A stretch of 64,000 bases of DNA. Origin: Nannocystis pusilla. Its GTDB lineage: Bacteria; Myxococcota_A; Polyangia; Nannocystales; Nannocystaceae. The stretch covers positions 1,165,204-1,229,203 of the forward strand of contig NZ_JAPNKE010000002.1 of the NCBI RefSeq assembly GCF_026626665.1. The letters are read 5' to 3'. A program made the position numbers and the translations under genes. Below, piece by piece: positions 30,434 to 43,837 of this stretch (position 1 is the first letter of the stretch; the number at the start of each line of letters is the position of its first letter). The notes beneath the pieces were generated by a model, which made no database searches, was not told the DNA's origin, and saw nothing but the letters and a program-made list of their open reading frames with translations.

Positions 30434-32029
30434 TTACTTGGCCGGGGCGGGCGCGGGCGCCGGCGCGGCACCTGCGGCCGCGAGGGCGTTGTTGTTGGCG
30501 CAGAAGGTGGTGTCCTTCTCGAGGCACTTGAGGTCGGTGTCGTAGTGGACGATCGTGGCGTCGGGCAGCGCGTCCTTGATCTGCGGCTCGGCCTTGTCGG
30601 CGCGGCCGACGACGACCACGACCGGCACGTCGTTCATGAACTTGCGTGCCATGGTCTTCATGTCGGCGATCTGGGCCTTGCGGACCTCGTCGCGGTAGGT
30701 CTTGTAGTAGTCGCTCGGCAGGCCGTAGGTGAGGATCGTGCGCACGCGGCCGGCGACCTGATCGGCGGTCTCGATGCTCAGCGGGAAGCTGCCGATCGCC
30801 TCGCGCGTCACGTCCTCGAACTCCTTGGTCGTGACCTCGGTGTCGCGCATCTTCGTGATGTGGCCGAAGATCGCCTTGAGCATCTCGCCGGTGGTGGCGG
30901 TCTTGGTCTTGGTCCAGATCCGCCAGGTGCCCGGGGCGACGCCCGGCTCCATCTTGGTGTAGATGCCGTAGGTGAGGCCCTTCTCCTCGCGCACGTCGAG
31001 GAACAGGCGCCCGGTCGAGCCGCCGCCGAGGATGTCGGAGGCGAGGTCGAGCTTGATCCAGTCGGGGTTCTTGCGCGCGAGCGCGAGGTTGCCGACGCGG
31101 ATGTCGGACTGGGCCGAACCTGGCCGATTGACCAGGTGAACGATCAGCTTGGGCGGGTGCTTGTAGGCCTTGAAGCCGTTCAGCGGGTTGGCCGGGGCCT
31201 GGCCCTCGATCGGCTTCCACTTGGCGAACACCTCGTTGCCGAGCTTCTCCGCCTCGGGCACGGTGATGTCGCCGGAGAGGATCAGGTAGCTGTTGTTCGA
31301 GCGGTAGAAGGTGTCGTGGAACTTCTTGACCGCGTCGACGGTGACGGCGTCGATCTGCGCCTCGGTCGGCAGCGGGCGCCCGTACGGGTGGCCGGACGGG
31401 TAGGCGACCATGTCGAACAGCTGGTCGGCGAGCACGTCGGAGTTCGACTTCATCGCCTTGAGGCCGGTCTTGGCCTTCTCCTTCAGCTTGTCGAGCGCGG
31501 CCGGCGGGAACGCCGGGTTCATGACCTCGTCGGCCATCAGCGTCAGCGCCAGCTTGACGTCGCGCTTGAGCACCTGCGTGTACACGCTGGTGTCGTGGAC
31601 GCCGGCGCCGGCGCCGAGGCTGCCGCCGACGAACTCGATCTCCTCGTCGATCTTGGCCTTGGTGCGGGTCTTGGTGCCCTCGCCGAGCATGTTGGCCGTC
31701 ATCTCGGCCAGCTGCTCGTCGTCCATGGTGCCGGCCTTGATCACGAGCTGGGCCGAGACCAGCGGGACCTCGTGGTTCTCGACGACGTAGATCTCGAGGC
31801 CGTTCTTGGTCTGGATCTTCTGCAGGTCGGGGAACTGGACCTCACGCGGCTCGGTCGGCGGCGGCGGATCCTGGTAGACCCGCGCGGGCTTGTCGGCGAC
31901 CGGCGGCGCCTCGACCGGCTTGTTGTCGGTCGGCGGCGTGGTCTCGCCCTTGGGCTTGCCGCAGCCGGGGGCGGCGAGAGCGGCGACGACGAGGGCAGTG
32001 GCGAAGGAATTCGTGGTGCGCGTAAACAT
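30434..32029 (-). CDS. M16 family (insulinase-like) peptidase lipoprotein
   Basis: Lipobox ALAAPGCG and M16 N- and C-domains. The HxxEH site is not obvious, so it may be an inactive or partner subunit. Confidence 0.75.
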   Translation of the reverse strand: MFTRTTNSFATALVVAALAAPGCGKPKGETTPPTDNKPVEAPPVADKPARVYQDPPPPTEPREVQFPDLQKIQTKNGLEIYVVENHEVPLVSAQLVIKAGTMDDEQLAEMTANMLGEGTKTRTKAKIDEEIEFVGGSLGAGAGVHDTSVYTQVLKRDVKLALTLMADEVMNPAFPPAALDKLKEKAKTGLKAMKSNSDVLADQLFDMVAYPSGHPYGRPLPTEAQIDAVTVDAVKKFHDTFYRSNNSYLILSGDITVPEAEKLGNEVFAKWKPIEGQAPANPLNGFKAYKHPPKLIVHLVNRPGSAQSDIRVGNLALARKNPDWIKLDLASDILGGGSTGRLFLDVREEKGLTYGIYTKMEPGVAPGTWRIWTKTKTATTGEMLKAIFGHITKMRDTEVTTKEFEDVTREAIGSFPLSIETADQVAGRVRTILTYGLPSDYYKTYRDEVRKAQIADMKTMARKFMNDVPVVVVVGRADKAEPQIKDALPDATIVHYDTDLKCLEKDTTFCANNNALAAAGAAPAPAPAPAK

Positions 32030-32062
32030 GGTCGTTGGCTCCTGTCCTTGAGGTCAGCGCTG

Positions 32063-33525
32063 TCAGCCGGGGCCCATCATCGGCGCGCCGGTCGAACCGG
32101 GGTTGATCTCGAGGGTCAGCCAGTTGGCGCCCAGGTACTCGGTGGCGACCCGCTTGATGTCGGCGGGCTTGACCTGCTGGTACTTCTCCAGGTCGGTGAG
32201 GATGTGCTTGGGGTCGTTGTGGAACAGGGCGCCCTGGGCGATCTCGCCGGCGCGGCCGGCGTTGGTGGCCAGCGTCTCGACCGTGTCCATGACCTTCTTG
32301 TTGATCGCCTTCTGCAGCTCCTTGGCGGTGATGCCGCTCTTCTGGATCTTGGCGACCTCGTCGCGCACGACCTGCTTGATGGCGTCGAACTTGACGTCCT
32401 TGTTCGGCAGGGCCTGGATGAACACCAGGCCGACGTCGCGCTGGGCGAAGTGGGTGCCGCCGCTGAAGGCGGTCAGCTTCTTCTCGTCCTGCAGGATCTT
32501 CGGGATGCGCGCCGACTCGCCGACCAGCAGGATGTTGCCGAGCAGGTCGAGGGCGTAGCGGTCGGGGTGGTTGGCGCCGACGGTGTGCCAGCCGAGCAGG
32601 AACAGCGACTGCTGGGCCAGCGGGTCCTCGACGACGGTCTCCATCGGCTTGCTGCGGTCGACCTGGCCGATCGCGGTGGGCGTGCGGTCCGGGCCTTCTT
32701 GATGTCGCCGAAGTACTTCTCGACCTTGGTCTTGAGGTCGCCAAACTCGACGTCGCCGACGAACACCAGCACCGCGTTGTTGGGCGCGTAGTACTTGTCG
32801 AAGAACGCCTGCACGTCGGGGGTCTTGGCGGCGTTGAGGTCCTCGAGGCTGCCGATGACCTCGTGGCCGTAGCCGGTGCCGGCCCACGCGGCCGACAGCC
32901 ACTTCTGCACGGCGGCCGAGTACGGCACGTTGTCCATGCGCATGGCCTTCTCTTCCTTCACGGCCGAGCGCTGGTTCTCGAAGTTGGCGTCGGTGATCTC
33001 GAGCGAGCGCAGACGATCGGCCTCCAGCCACAACCCGAGCTCGAGGTACTGGCTCGGCAGGTTGTTGTAGTAGAGCGTCATGTCGTAGCTGGTGCCGGCG
33101 TTGTTGTTGCCGCCGACGCGCTGCACGAAGGTGAGGTGGCCCATCGGCGGCACGTTCTTGCTGCCCTCGAACATCATGTGCTCGAACAGGTGGGCGAAGC
33201 CGGTGCGGCCCTGGACCTCGTCGCGCGAGCCGACGTCGTACAGCAGCGTCATGTTGAAGGCCGGGGTCGAGTGATCCTCGACCACGTAGACGCGCAGGCC
33301 GTTGGCGAGCGAGAACTCCTGGATCGGCAGGTCGAAGCCGAGACCGCCCTTGGCCGGCTTCTTGGCCGCGGTCTTGGCAGGCGCAGGATCCGCGGCCGGC
33401 GCGGCGTCAGCGGCGAGCGGCGAGATCGACAGGCCGCCGCAGAGGGTGAACAGGGCGAGGGTGCGTCCGGCGCGGCCGGCGAGGGCTCGGCGCGATCGTC
33501 CGTGAGACTTCAGCGTGGGCGACAT
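32063..33525 (-). CDS. M16 family peptidase, frameshift at about 32690
   Basis: HLFEHMMFEGS is the HxxEH zinc motif. Two overlapping ORFs in different frames together cover a full-length M16 protein. ATG at 33525 confirmed. Confidence 0.7.
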
Positions 33526-34010
33526 GGGAATTGGTCGTCTCCTGCGAGGCCCGCAACCTAGCACACGGGTAAAGGTGGCTGTGGGACAAAGCGGGACCCT
33601 CGCACGGGCCCGAGACCCACAAACCCACCCGACTTGTGCCCCGCCGCCGAGCAAGAGAACTCACGAGATTCGCGGCGCGTCCGCGACGCGAGACCGGGGC
33701 TCGGACCCCAATTCACCGCACCATCCGCCGGGCCCTCGGACCAGGTCGTCAGGGGCAGGCGCAGGAGGCGCCCGAAGAGGTGCCGTAGCGAGGCGCCGCC
33801 GCGAGACGGCGCCGTGTGACCCGTCCGACGTGGCCCCTGCGCCCGGATGTCGGGTTCGCCGCCGGTAGGACGGTTGACAGCGCCTTTGGGCTAATCCTAT
33901 AAAGCGCGCGCCCTGGGGGGCGTTCCTGCGATCCCCAGAGCACGGGCAATTCTCTCGACCCCGGTCCTTCGGGACCTGCTCTACCCGGCCTCAGCAGGCC
34001 GAACAAATTC

Positions 34011-34082
34011 TGGGGCGTCGGCAAGTGGTAAGCCAGCGGTTTTTGGTTCCGCCATTCGTAGGTTCGAATCCTACCGCCCCAA
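34011..34082 (+). tRNA. tRNA-Gln (anticodon UUG)
   Basis: TGGGGCG-TC-GGCAAGTGGTAAGCC-A-GCGGT-TTTTGGT-TCCGC-CATTC-GTAGG-TTCGAAT-CCTAC-CGCCCCA-A. Near-identical in layout to E. coli tRNA-Gln. Confidence 0.8.
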
Positions 34083-34116
34083 TTCTCTCCGCTGACCTTC
34101 GACCGAGGACCCGCGC

Positions 34117-35063
<947 letters not shown>

Positions 35064-35183
35064 CGCAGGCCGGCGAGCACGACCTCTGCCCAACCGGCGG
35101 CGAGCCCGATGGTGTGGCTCCCACCCGGCGGCGAGACAGGGGTCCCGAACACGGGACCCGACAAGAGAAGCGAGACAATCACC

Positions 35184-35876
35184 ATGAATCAGCAACGCGA
35201 AATCACGGTCCAGGTCCGCACGGGCACCGGCAAGGGCGCCGCCCACAAGCTCCGCGCGTCCGGCAAGGTCCCCGGCGTGATCTACGGCCACGGCGGCGAG
35301 CACCTGTCGATCGCCATCGACCCGTTGGTCCTGCGCAAGGCCGTCGATCCGGCCCGCAAGCGCAACACCTGGTACGCCGTGCGCGTCCAGGAAGAGGGCA
35401 AGGCCGACCGCGTCGAGTCGTGCATCATCGTCGACCGCCAGCTCGACCTGGTCCGCGACGACGTCCTGCACGTCGACTTCCTGCGCGTCGACCCGAGCCG
35501 CGAGCTCGAGGTCAAGCTTCCGCTCGAGTTCACGGGCCGCGCGGCCGGCGTGGCCGTCGGCGGTACGCTGAAGACGATGGCCCGGCAGATCCGCGTGGCC
35601 GTCAAGCCGGGCGACATCCCGACCAGCTTCGTCGTCGACGTGACGCCGCTCGAGGGCGGGCAGACGCTGCGCGTGCGCGACGTGAAGTTCCCCGACGGCC
35701 GCCTGCTCGACAACCCGAACATCCCGCTCGTCCTGGTCGAGGCCGCCAAGGCCAAGAAGGAAGAGGGCGCGGAGGCTGCTGCGGGCAAGAAGGCCGCCGG
35801 CGGCAAGGCTGCGCCGGCCAAGGCCGCTCCGGCCAAGGCGGCCGCCGCTCCGGCGAAGGACGCCAAGAAGAAGTGA
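35184..35876 (+). CDS. rplY: 50S ribosomal protein L25 / general stress protein Ctc
   Basis: L25 beta-barrel domain plus a Lys/Ala-rich C-terminal tail. ATG at 35184 confirmed. Confidence 0.85.
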   Translation: MNQQREITVQVRTGTGKGAAHKLRASGKVPGVIYGHGGEHLSIAIDPLVLRKAVDPARKRNTWYAVRVQEEGKADRVESCIIVDRQLDLVRDDVLHVDFLRVDPSRELEVKLPLEFTGRAAGVAVGGTLKTMARQIRVAVKPGDIPTSFVVDVTPLEGGQTLRVRDVKFPDGRLLDNPNIPLVLVEAAKAKKEEGAEAAAGKKAAGGKAAPAKAAPAKAAAAPAKDAKKK

Positions 35877-35908
35877 GCCTCCACCGCCGATGTTGAGGGC
35901 GTGCGCAG

Positions 35909-36487
35909 ATGGCCGACCAGGCGCCATGGCTCCTCGTGGGCCTCGGGAACCCCGGGGCCCGGTACGCGCGCACGCGCCACAACATCGGCTTCATGGCGGT
36001 CGACGCCTGGTGCGACAAGGCCACGAGCTCGCCGAGCTGGTCCGAGAAGTGGAAGGCGCAGGTCGCCACCATCGGCACCGGCTCTTCGCGCGTCGTGGCC
36101 TTGAAGCCGCAGACCTTCATGAACCGGTCCGGCCAGAGCGTCGTCCCGGCCGCTCAGTTCCTGCGCGTGCCGCCGGCGCAGATCCTCGTCGTCCACGACG
36201 AGGTCGACTTCCAGCTCGGTCGCCTCGCAGTGAAGAAGGGCGGGGGTCACGGGGGGCACAATGGCCTGCGTGACATCCTGCAACTGCTCGGCAACGGCGA
36301 CTTCCTGCGGATCCGCCTCGGCGTCGGCAGGCCCGTGCACGGCGAGGTCGCCGATCACGTGCTGTCCGACTTCCGGCCCGACGAGGGCCAGGTCGTCGAC
36401 GACCTGCTCGAGCGCGCCGTGGCGGCGATCACCTGCGTGACCCGTGAAGGCGTGGTCACGGCGATGAACAAGTTCAACACCACCTGA
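35909..36487 (+). CDS. pth: Peptidyl-tRNA hydrolase
   Basis: [15 protein letters not shown] and VVHDEVD motifs. Conserved prs-rplY-pth order. Confidence 0.9.
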   Translation: MADQAPWLLVGLGNPGARYARTRHNIGFMAVDAWCDKATSSPSWSEKWKAQVATIGTGSSRVVALKPQTFMNRSGQSVVPAAQFLRVPPAQILVVHDEVDFQLGRLAVKKGGGHGGHNGLRDILQLLGNGDFLRIRLGVGRPVHGEVADHVLSDFRPDEGQVVDDLLERAVAAITCVTREGVVTAMNKFNTT

Positions 36488-36555
36488 CCCTGGCGCCTCG
36501 CCAGCTCTCCCATCCCAGTTCCCGGCCCCTTCGGGCCCGAGTAAAGGACTCCCCC

Positions 36556-38775
<2,220 letters not shown>

Positions 38776-38826
38776 TTTAGGCCCTGCGGCCCCCTTGCGG
38801 GGGGACGCGTTCGAGGTACACCTCGC

Positions 38827-38865
38827 GGCCCGTCCGGATGTTCCGGGCGGGCCGTTCGCTTTTTG
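38827..38865 (+). terminator. Intrinsic terminator after hppA
   Basis: GGCCCGTCCGGA-tgt-TCCGGGCGGGCC is a 12-bp stem with one mismatch, followed by gttcgcTTTTTgt. Confidence 0.55.
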
Positions 38866-38968
38866 TCCCGACAGCCATCCGGCTCGCAGGGGCGGCGGAC
38901 GGCGAGGCCCTCCGGGGCCTTCTCCTTGCTCCCGTGGTGGGGGCCAGCAAGTCCACAAGGAGACTTAC

Positions 38969-39468
38969 ATGTCCGAAAACACAGTCGGCCAGGTCGTCTC
39001 GGTCGAGTCGCGCAAGGGAACGAAGCGCGAGTACGAGACCGTCATCATCCTTCGGCCCAACGTCAACAAGACCGGGATCCTCGAGCTCGTCAACAAGATG
39101 CAGGGCGTGTTCGAGAAGTACGGCGCGCGCCTGATCAAGATCGAGAACTGGGGCAGCCGCACGCTGGCCTTCCCGATCAAGCGCTCGCCGACGGGCATCT
39201 ACCTCTACTGGCGCTTCCTCGGCGGCTCCGACATCGTCCACGAGTTCGAGCGCAACCTGCAGATCGCGGAGTCCGTGCTCCGCTACTACACCGTGCGGGT
39301 CGAGGACGACGTCGACCCCGACGCGCGGCCCTCGGAGATGACCGAGGACCTGCTGCAGGCGGTGGCCGAGCCGCCGCCGGGCCGGAGCCGCAGCCGGAGC
39401 CGGTGCGCGAGGAAGAGGACCGTTTCGTCTCCGACGACGACGGCGACGACGAGGAGAGGAGGCGCTAA
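38969..39468 (+). CDS. rpsF: 30S ribosomal protein S6, C-terminal acidic tail frameshifted at about 39375
   Basis: S6 core, then the tail continues in the adjacent frame (...[28 protein letters not shown]). A missing G in a G-run is the likely cause. ATG at 38969 confirmed, RBS aaggag. Confidence 0.8.
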
Positions 39469-39471
39469 GCC

Positions 39472-39711
39472 ATGAGCGACGAGAAGACTTCATCCCGCCC
39501 GAGCAAGGCCAGCCGTGCTTCGCTGCTCGCCAGCGACAAGACCCTGGTCATCGACTACAAGAACCCGCAGCTGCTCCGCGCCTTCCTCACGGATCGCGGC
39601 AAGATCGTCCCGGCCCGGATCTCCGGCGTGACGGCCAAGCAGCAGCGCCAGATCACCAAGGCGGTCAAGCGCGCGCGCATGCTGGCGCTGCTGCCGTACA
39701 CGGTGGCCTGA
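39472..39711 (+). CDS. rpsR: 30S ribosomal protein S18
   Basis: [30 protein letters not shown] is the S18 signature. Confidence 0.9.
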   Translation: MSDEKTSSRPSKASRASLLASDKTLVIDYKNPQLLRAFLTDRGKIVPARISGVTAKQQRQITKAVKRARMLALLPYTVA

Positions 39712-39738
39712 CCTTCGAGGACAGAAAGGTTTTCGCTC

Positions 39739-40185
39739 ATGTTGGAACTCATCCTCCGCAGCGACGTCCCCGGCCTCGGCCGCGCCGGCGAGGTGGTCAA
39801 GGTGCGCCCGGGTTACGGCCGCAACTACCTCATCCCGCGCGGGCTGGCGCTCGCCGCCACCCGCGGCAACATGGCCCAGCTCGAGCACCAGAAGCGCCTG
39901 ATCGCCGCCGAGCAGGCGCGCGTCCTCGCCGAGCACAAGGCGATGGCGCAGAAGCTCAAGGGCGTGTCGGTCTCGATCGCCCGCAAGAAGGGCGGCGAGG
40001 GCAAGCTGTTCGGCTCGGTGTCCACCAAGGACATCGCCGAGGCGCTGGCCAACCAGAACATCACGATCGACCGCAAGCTGATCAAGCTCGACGAGCCGTT
40101 CAAGAACATCGGCACCTACGAGGTCCCGGTGCGCTTCAGCGGCGACATCACCGAGACGATCCGCGTCAACGTGGTCGGCGTGTGA
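39739..40185 (+). CDS. rplI: 50S ribosomal protein L9
   Basis: MLELILRSDVPGLGRAGEVVKVRPGYGRNYLIPRGLA is the L9 N-domain. Confidence 0.9.
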   Translation: MLELILRSDVPGLGRAGEVVKVRPGYGRNYLIPRGLALAATRGNMAQLEHQKRLIAAEQARVLAEHKAMAQKLKGVSVSIARKKGGEGKLFGSVSTKDIAEALANQNITIDRKLIKLDEPFKNIGTYEVPVRFSGDITETIRVNVVGV

Positions 40186-40193
40186 ACGCCGCG

Positions 40194-40212
40194 CCGACCC
40201 GCCACGGGTCGG
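40194..40212. terminator. Possible bidirectional stem-loop between rplI (+) and a convergent lipoprotein gene (-)
   Basis: CCGACCC-gcca(c)-GGGTCGG is a 7-bp stem. No U-tract. Confidence 0.3.
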
Positions 40213-40299
40213 CCGCGTGCGTGTGAATGAAGAGCGAGGGTCCGCGGCGCGGGCCTCGTCGCTTCTCTGTTGTGCGGTCGCGGACGACGCCGCGGACGG

Positions 40300-40536
40300 C
40301 TACTCGCCCTGGAGGCGCTGGGCGCTGCAGTCGCCCATGAGGCACTGGGCCGAGTAGACGCCCTTCTGACCGCAGCCGGCGACGTGGTACTTGCCGTAGA
40401 CCTCGTCGCCGCGGACCTTCAGCTTGTCGGCGTCGCACTTGAAGTCGGCGGCGGCCTGGGTGCGCGTGACTTTCTCCAGCTTGCCGGCGCAGGCGGACAG
40501 CGCGACGGCGGCGAGGGCGACGAGGACGGGGCGCAT
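40300..40536 (-). CDS. Small Cys-rich lipoprotein (78 aa)
   Basis: MRPVLVALAAVALSAC lipobox, then four further Cys. ATG at 40536 confirmed. It is the C-terminal part of a long spurious ORF. Confidence 0.5.
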   Translation of the reverse strand: MRPVLVALAAVALSACAGKLEKVTRTQAAADFKCDADKLKVRGDEVYGKYHVAGCGQKGVYSAQCLMGDCSAQRLQGE

Positions 40537-40572
40537 GCGGTCACCTTGCCACGACGGGCCGCGGCGTGAAGG

Positions 40573-41079
40573 GTGGGGCCGATGGAACGCCACCAACTCG
40601 CCGACTACGACGCGCTCGGCCTGCCGCCCGACGAGGACCTGCGCCGCGTGATCGCCCGCGCCGACACCGATTCGCAGTTCACCGACGACCTCGATCAACT
40701 CGGGTTCGAGCTCGCGCCGATGTCTGCCGACCAGCTCGACTGTCACGCGCCGAAGTTCTTCGTGGTGGCGATGGACGGCGGAGGCAGCGCGTACGGTCGC
40801 TACGTCGACCCCCAGGTCGCGCGCACCGTCGGCCTCCCGTGGGTGATGTGGGATCACGAGGATGACGCGCTCATCTTCCTCGCGGCCGACACCGCCGCCT
40901 TCTTCTCGGGCCTCATCGATTTCCGCTGCCATCACAAGCCGAACGATCCGAGCGCTCGCCGCGTGCGCGCGGTGCTGACGGAGCTCGGGCTGCAGCTCGG
41001 CGCGCCTGGCAAGAGCATGCCGGGGTTCCTCGCCGGCAAGCCCGCCGCGTGGTTGCCGGCGGGACCGCTGTCGCACTAG
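40573..41079 (+). CDS. SMI1/KNR4 (SUKH superfamily)-like protein
   Basis: FFVVAMDGGGSAYGRYVD...WVMWDHEDDALIFLAADTAAFF matches the SUKH-1 'DG.GN.Y.....WDHE....LA.sF..F' pattern. Confidence 0.45.
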   Translation: MGPMERHQLADYDALGLPPDEDLRRVIARADTDSQFTDDLDQLGFELAPMSADQLDCHAPKFFVVAMDGGGSAYGRYVDPQVARTVGLPWVMWDHEDDALIFLAADTAAFFSGLIDFRCHHKPNDPSARRVRAVLTELGLQLGAPGKSMPGFLAGKPAAWLPAGPLSH

Positions 41080-41146
41080 GACGTGCCGTCGCGCCGCGCG
41101 CGGCTCGACAGGAGGCGCGCGGCTCGGGCATCCTTCGGGGCTGGCC

Positions 41147-42599
41147 ATGGTTGGACGTACTCTCCCGCACAACAGCGAGGCCGAGGCGGCGATCCTCGGC
41201 GGCATCATTCTGCGCGGCGATCAGGCGCTGCTCGACGTGCTCGACGTGGTGCGCGAGGAGGACTTCTACGTCCCGGCGCATCAGGCCGTGTTCCGGGCCA
41301 TGCGGGCGCTGTCGGAGAAGCGCGAGCCGATCGACACGGTCACGCTCGAGGCGCAGCTGCGGTCCAGCGACGAGCTCAAGCTGGTCGGCGGCATCGAGGC
41401 GCTGTCGCGGCTCGCCGATCGTTACGCGACCAGCCGCAACATCACGCACCACGCGGAGATGGTCCGGCGCCAGGCGACCATCCGCAACCTCGTCGTCGTC
41501 ACCAAGGAGATCGCCGAAGAGGGGATGGGCGACCTCGAGAGCCCGGACGAGTTCATCGACCAGGCGGAGAAGCGGGTGCTCGAGGTCAACGAGCGCGGGC
41601 GCAAGACCGGCTACGTGTCGTCGCGCGACCTGCTGATCCAGGTGTTCAACAACATCTCCGAGCGGGCCAAGCGGAAGAACCCGATCACCGGGGTGCCCAC
41701 CAACTTCACGCAGCTCGACCACATGACCGGCGGGCTGCAGCCGGGCGACCTGGTGATCATCGCGGCGCGTCCGTCGATGGGCAAGACGGCGTTCGTGCTC
41801 AACCTGGCGCAGGCCGCCTGCATCATGCCGCAGCGCTTCGACGGCCTGCCCGACGGCGAGAAGCCGGTGATGCACCCGGTGCTGTTCTTCTCGCTCGAGA
41901 TGGGCGCGAGCCAGCTGGTCGAGCGCGTGCTGTGTGCCGAGGCCCGCGTCGACGCCGGCAAGCTGCGCACCGGCAACTATCTCGAGGAAGAGTGGATCCG
42001 CATGACCAGCGCGGCGTCGCGGATCGCCCAGAGCAAGTTCTACATCGACGACCAGGCGGCGCCGTCGATCCTCGAGATGCGCGCGCGTGCGCGCCTTCAA
42101 GGACGACAAGAGCATTTTCCCTGGCATCGAGGGCCAATTCGGCATGATCATCGTCGACTACCTGCAGCTCGCGCGCGGCGGCAAGGCCCGCTACGACTCG
42201 CGCGAGCAGGAGATCAGCGAGATCTCGCGCGGCCTCAAGGCGATGGCCAAAGAGCTGCGGATGCCGGTTCTGGCGCTGTCTCAGCTCAACCGCGCGGTCG
42301 ACACCCGCGCCGATCACCGGCCCCAGCTGTCGGACCTGCGCGAGTCCGGCGCCATCGAGCAGGATGCGGACGTCATCATGTTCATCTACCGCGCCGAGCG
42401 CTACGCCGCGACCGAGGACGAGAAGAAGAAGGTCGAGAACCAGGCCGAGATCATCATCGGCAAGCAGCGCAACGGGCCGATCGGCGAGGTCCCGCTGATG
42501 TTCATCAAGCACATGACGCGGTTCGAAACCCGGCCGAGCCGGGCTTTCATCGCGACTGAGGCGCGGACGTGGCCGACGGGCGGACCCCTGCGGGCCTGA
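41147..42599 (+). CDS. dnaB: Replicative DNA helicase DnaB, frameshift at about 42085
   Basis: N-domain [10 protein letters not shown], Walker [11 protein letters not shown] and the RecA-like core. The C-terminal 170 aa ([26 protein letters not shown]) are in the adjacent frame. Confidence 0.85.
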
Positions 42600-42777
42600 T
42601 GGGCGCCCTCGGGGCTCGCGCGGGCCAGTGAGGGTCCTCGCCGGGGCGTCCGGGCCGGTGCCTGCGCCGTCGCCGAGAGGTGGCCGCGGCGCCCGCAGGA
42701 TCGCCTGGAAGGCCTGCTGCGGCCGTTTGGTCGCAACGTAGCGGCGCCGGCGCGGTCCGTGCTAGGTTCTAAGGGCG

Positions 42778-43824
42778 ATGTCGTCGGTTCCGACCCAGAT
42801 CGGCCCCTACAAGGTCAAAGGCCTCGTCGGCAAGGGGGCCATGGGGGAGGTCTATGAGGGCGTCGACGCCGGTCTCGGCCGGCGGGTGGCGATCAAGATC
42901 CTCGGCAAGAAGCACCGCGAGTCCGAGGAGTTCAAGACGCGGTTCCTCCGCGAGGGCAAGGCCCTGGCGCAGATGAATCACCCCAACGTGGTGGCGGTGT
43001 ACTTCATCGGCGAGCACGAGGACCGGCCCTTCCTGGCGATGGAGTTCCTCGACGGCGAGGACATCGGCGCGATGCTGAAGAAGCGGGGCGCGCTGCACCC
43101 GGGCGACGCGGCGGAGGTCATCCGTCAGGCGGCGATCGGGCTCGCCGAGACCCAGCGCGTGGGCGTCGTACACCGCGACGTGAAGCCGTCGAACCTGGTG
43201 GTGACGTCGACGGGCATCGTCAAGGTGACCGACTTCGGCCTGGCCAAGGCGCTGCAAGAGGACCTGTCGATCACCGCCACCGGCGTGTTCGTCGGCACGC
43301 CCGACTACCTCGCGCCCGAGCAGGCGATGGGCAAGGAGGTCGACGCCCGCGCCGACGTCTATGCGCTCGGCTGCTCGCTGTTTCACATGTGCAGCGGCCA
43401 CCCGCCGTTCCGCAAGGGCGGCCAGGACGACCACTACACCGCGGTGGTGCGCCGCCACCTGCGCTCGGAGCGGCCCGAGCTCAAGTACGAGATCAAGGGC
43501 TTCGACGAGGCGCTGTCCGACCTGTGCCGGCGCATGATGAGCCGCCGGCCCGACGTGCGCCCGTCGTTCGAGGAGCTCAAGGTCGGCCTCACCGAGATCT
43601 CGAAGCGCCTCGGCGGGCAGGTGCCCCCGCGCCACGCCGACGTCGAGCTGCGCTCGCCCGAGGAGATCAGCGAGAAGATCCGGCAGGAGCAGAAGAAGAC
43701 GCCGTCCGGGGCGGCGCCCGGCTCGCCGCCGAGCGGCGCGACGCGGACGACGATGATCGCGGTCGGCATCGGTGTGACGATCGGCATCGCCCTCGGCGTT
43801 GTGCTGGCCGTGATGAGCCTGTAG
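42778..43824 (+). CDS. Eukaryotic-like Ser/Thr protein kinase with C-terminal TM anchor
   Basis: GKGAMGEVY, AIK, HRDVKPSN, DFG and APE motifs. A C-terminal hydrophobic helix is present. Confidence 0.85.
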   Translation: MSSVPTQIGPYKVKGLVGKGAMGEVYEGVDAGLGRRVAIKILGKKHRESEEFKTRFLREGKALAQMNHPNVVAVYFIGEHEDRPFLAMEFLDGEDIGAMLKKRGALHPGDAAEVIRQAAIGLAETQRVGVVHRDVKPSNLVVTSTGIVKVTDFGLAKALQEDLSITATGVFVGTPDYLAPEQAMGKEVDARADVYALGCSLFHMCSGHPPFRKGGQDDHYTAVVRRHLRSERPELKYEIKGFDEALSDLCRRMMSRRPDVRPSFEELKVGLTEISKRLGGQVPPRHADVELRSPEEISEKIRQEQKKTPSGAAPGSPPSGATRTTMIAVGIGVTIGIALGVVLAVMSL

Positions 43825-43837
43825 AGCTTGGCTCTGC

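Noticed and set aside
33526-34116. tRNA-Gln as an integration hotspot with adjacent island
   Set aside because: No integrase, direct repeat of the tRNA 3' end, or compositional shift is present. The flanks are housekeeping genes (M16 peptidase, prs).
41147-42599. DnaB interruption as an intein
   Set aside because: The two parts are contiguous in adjacent reading frames with no extra inserted sequence. It is a 1-nt frameshift, not an intein.
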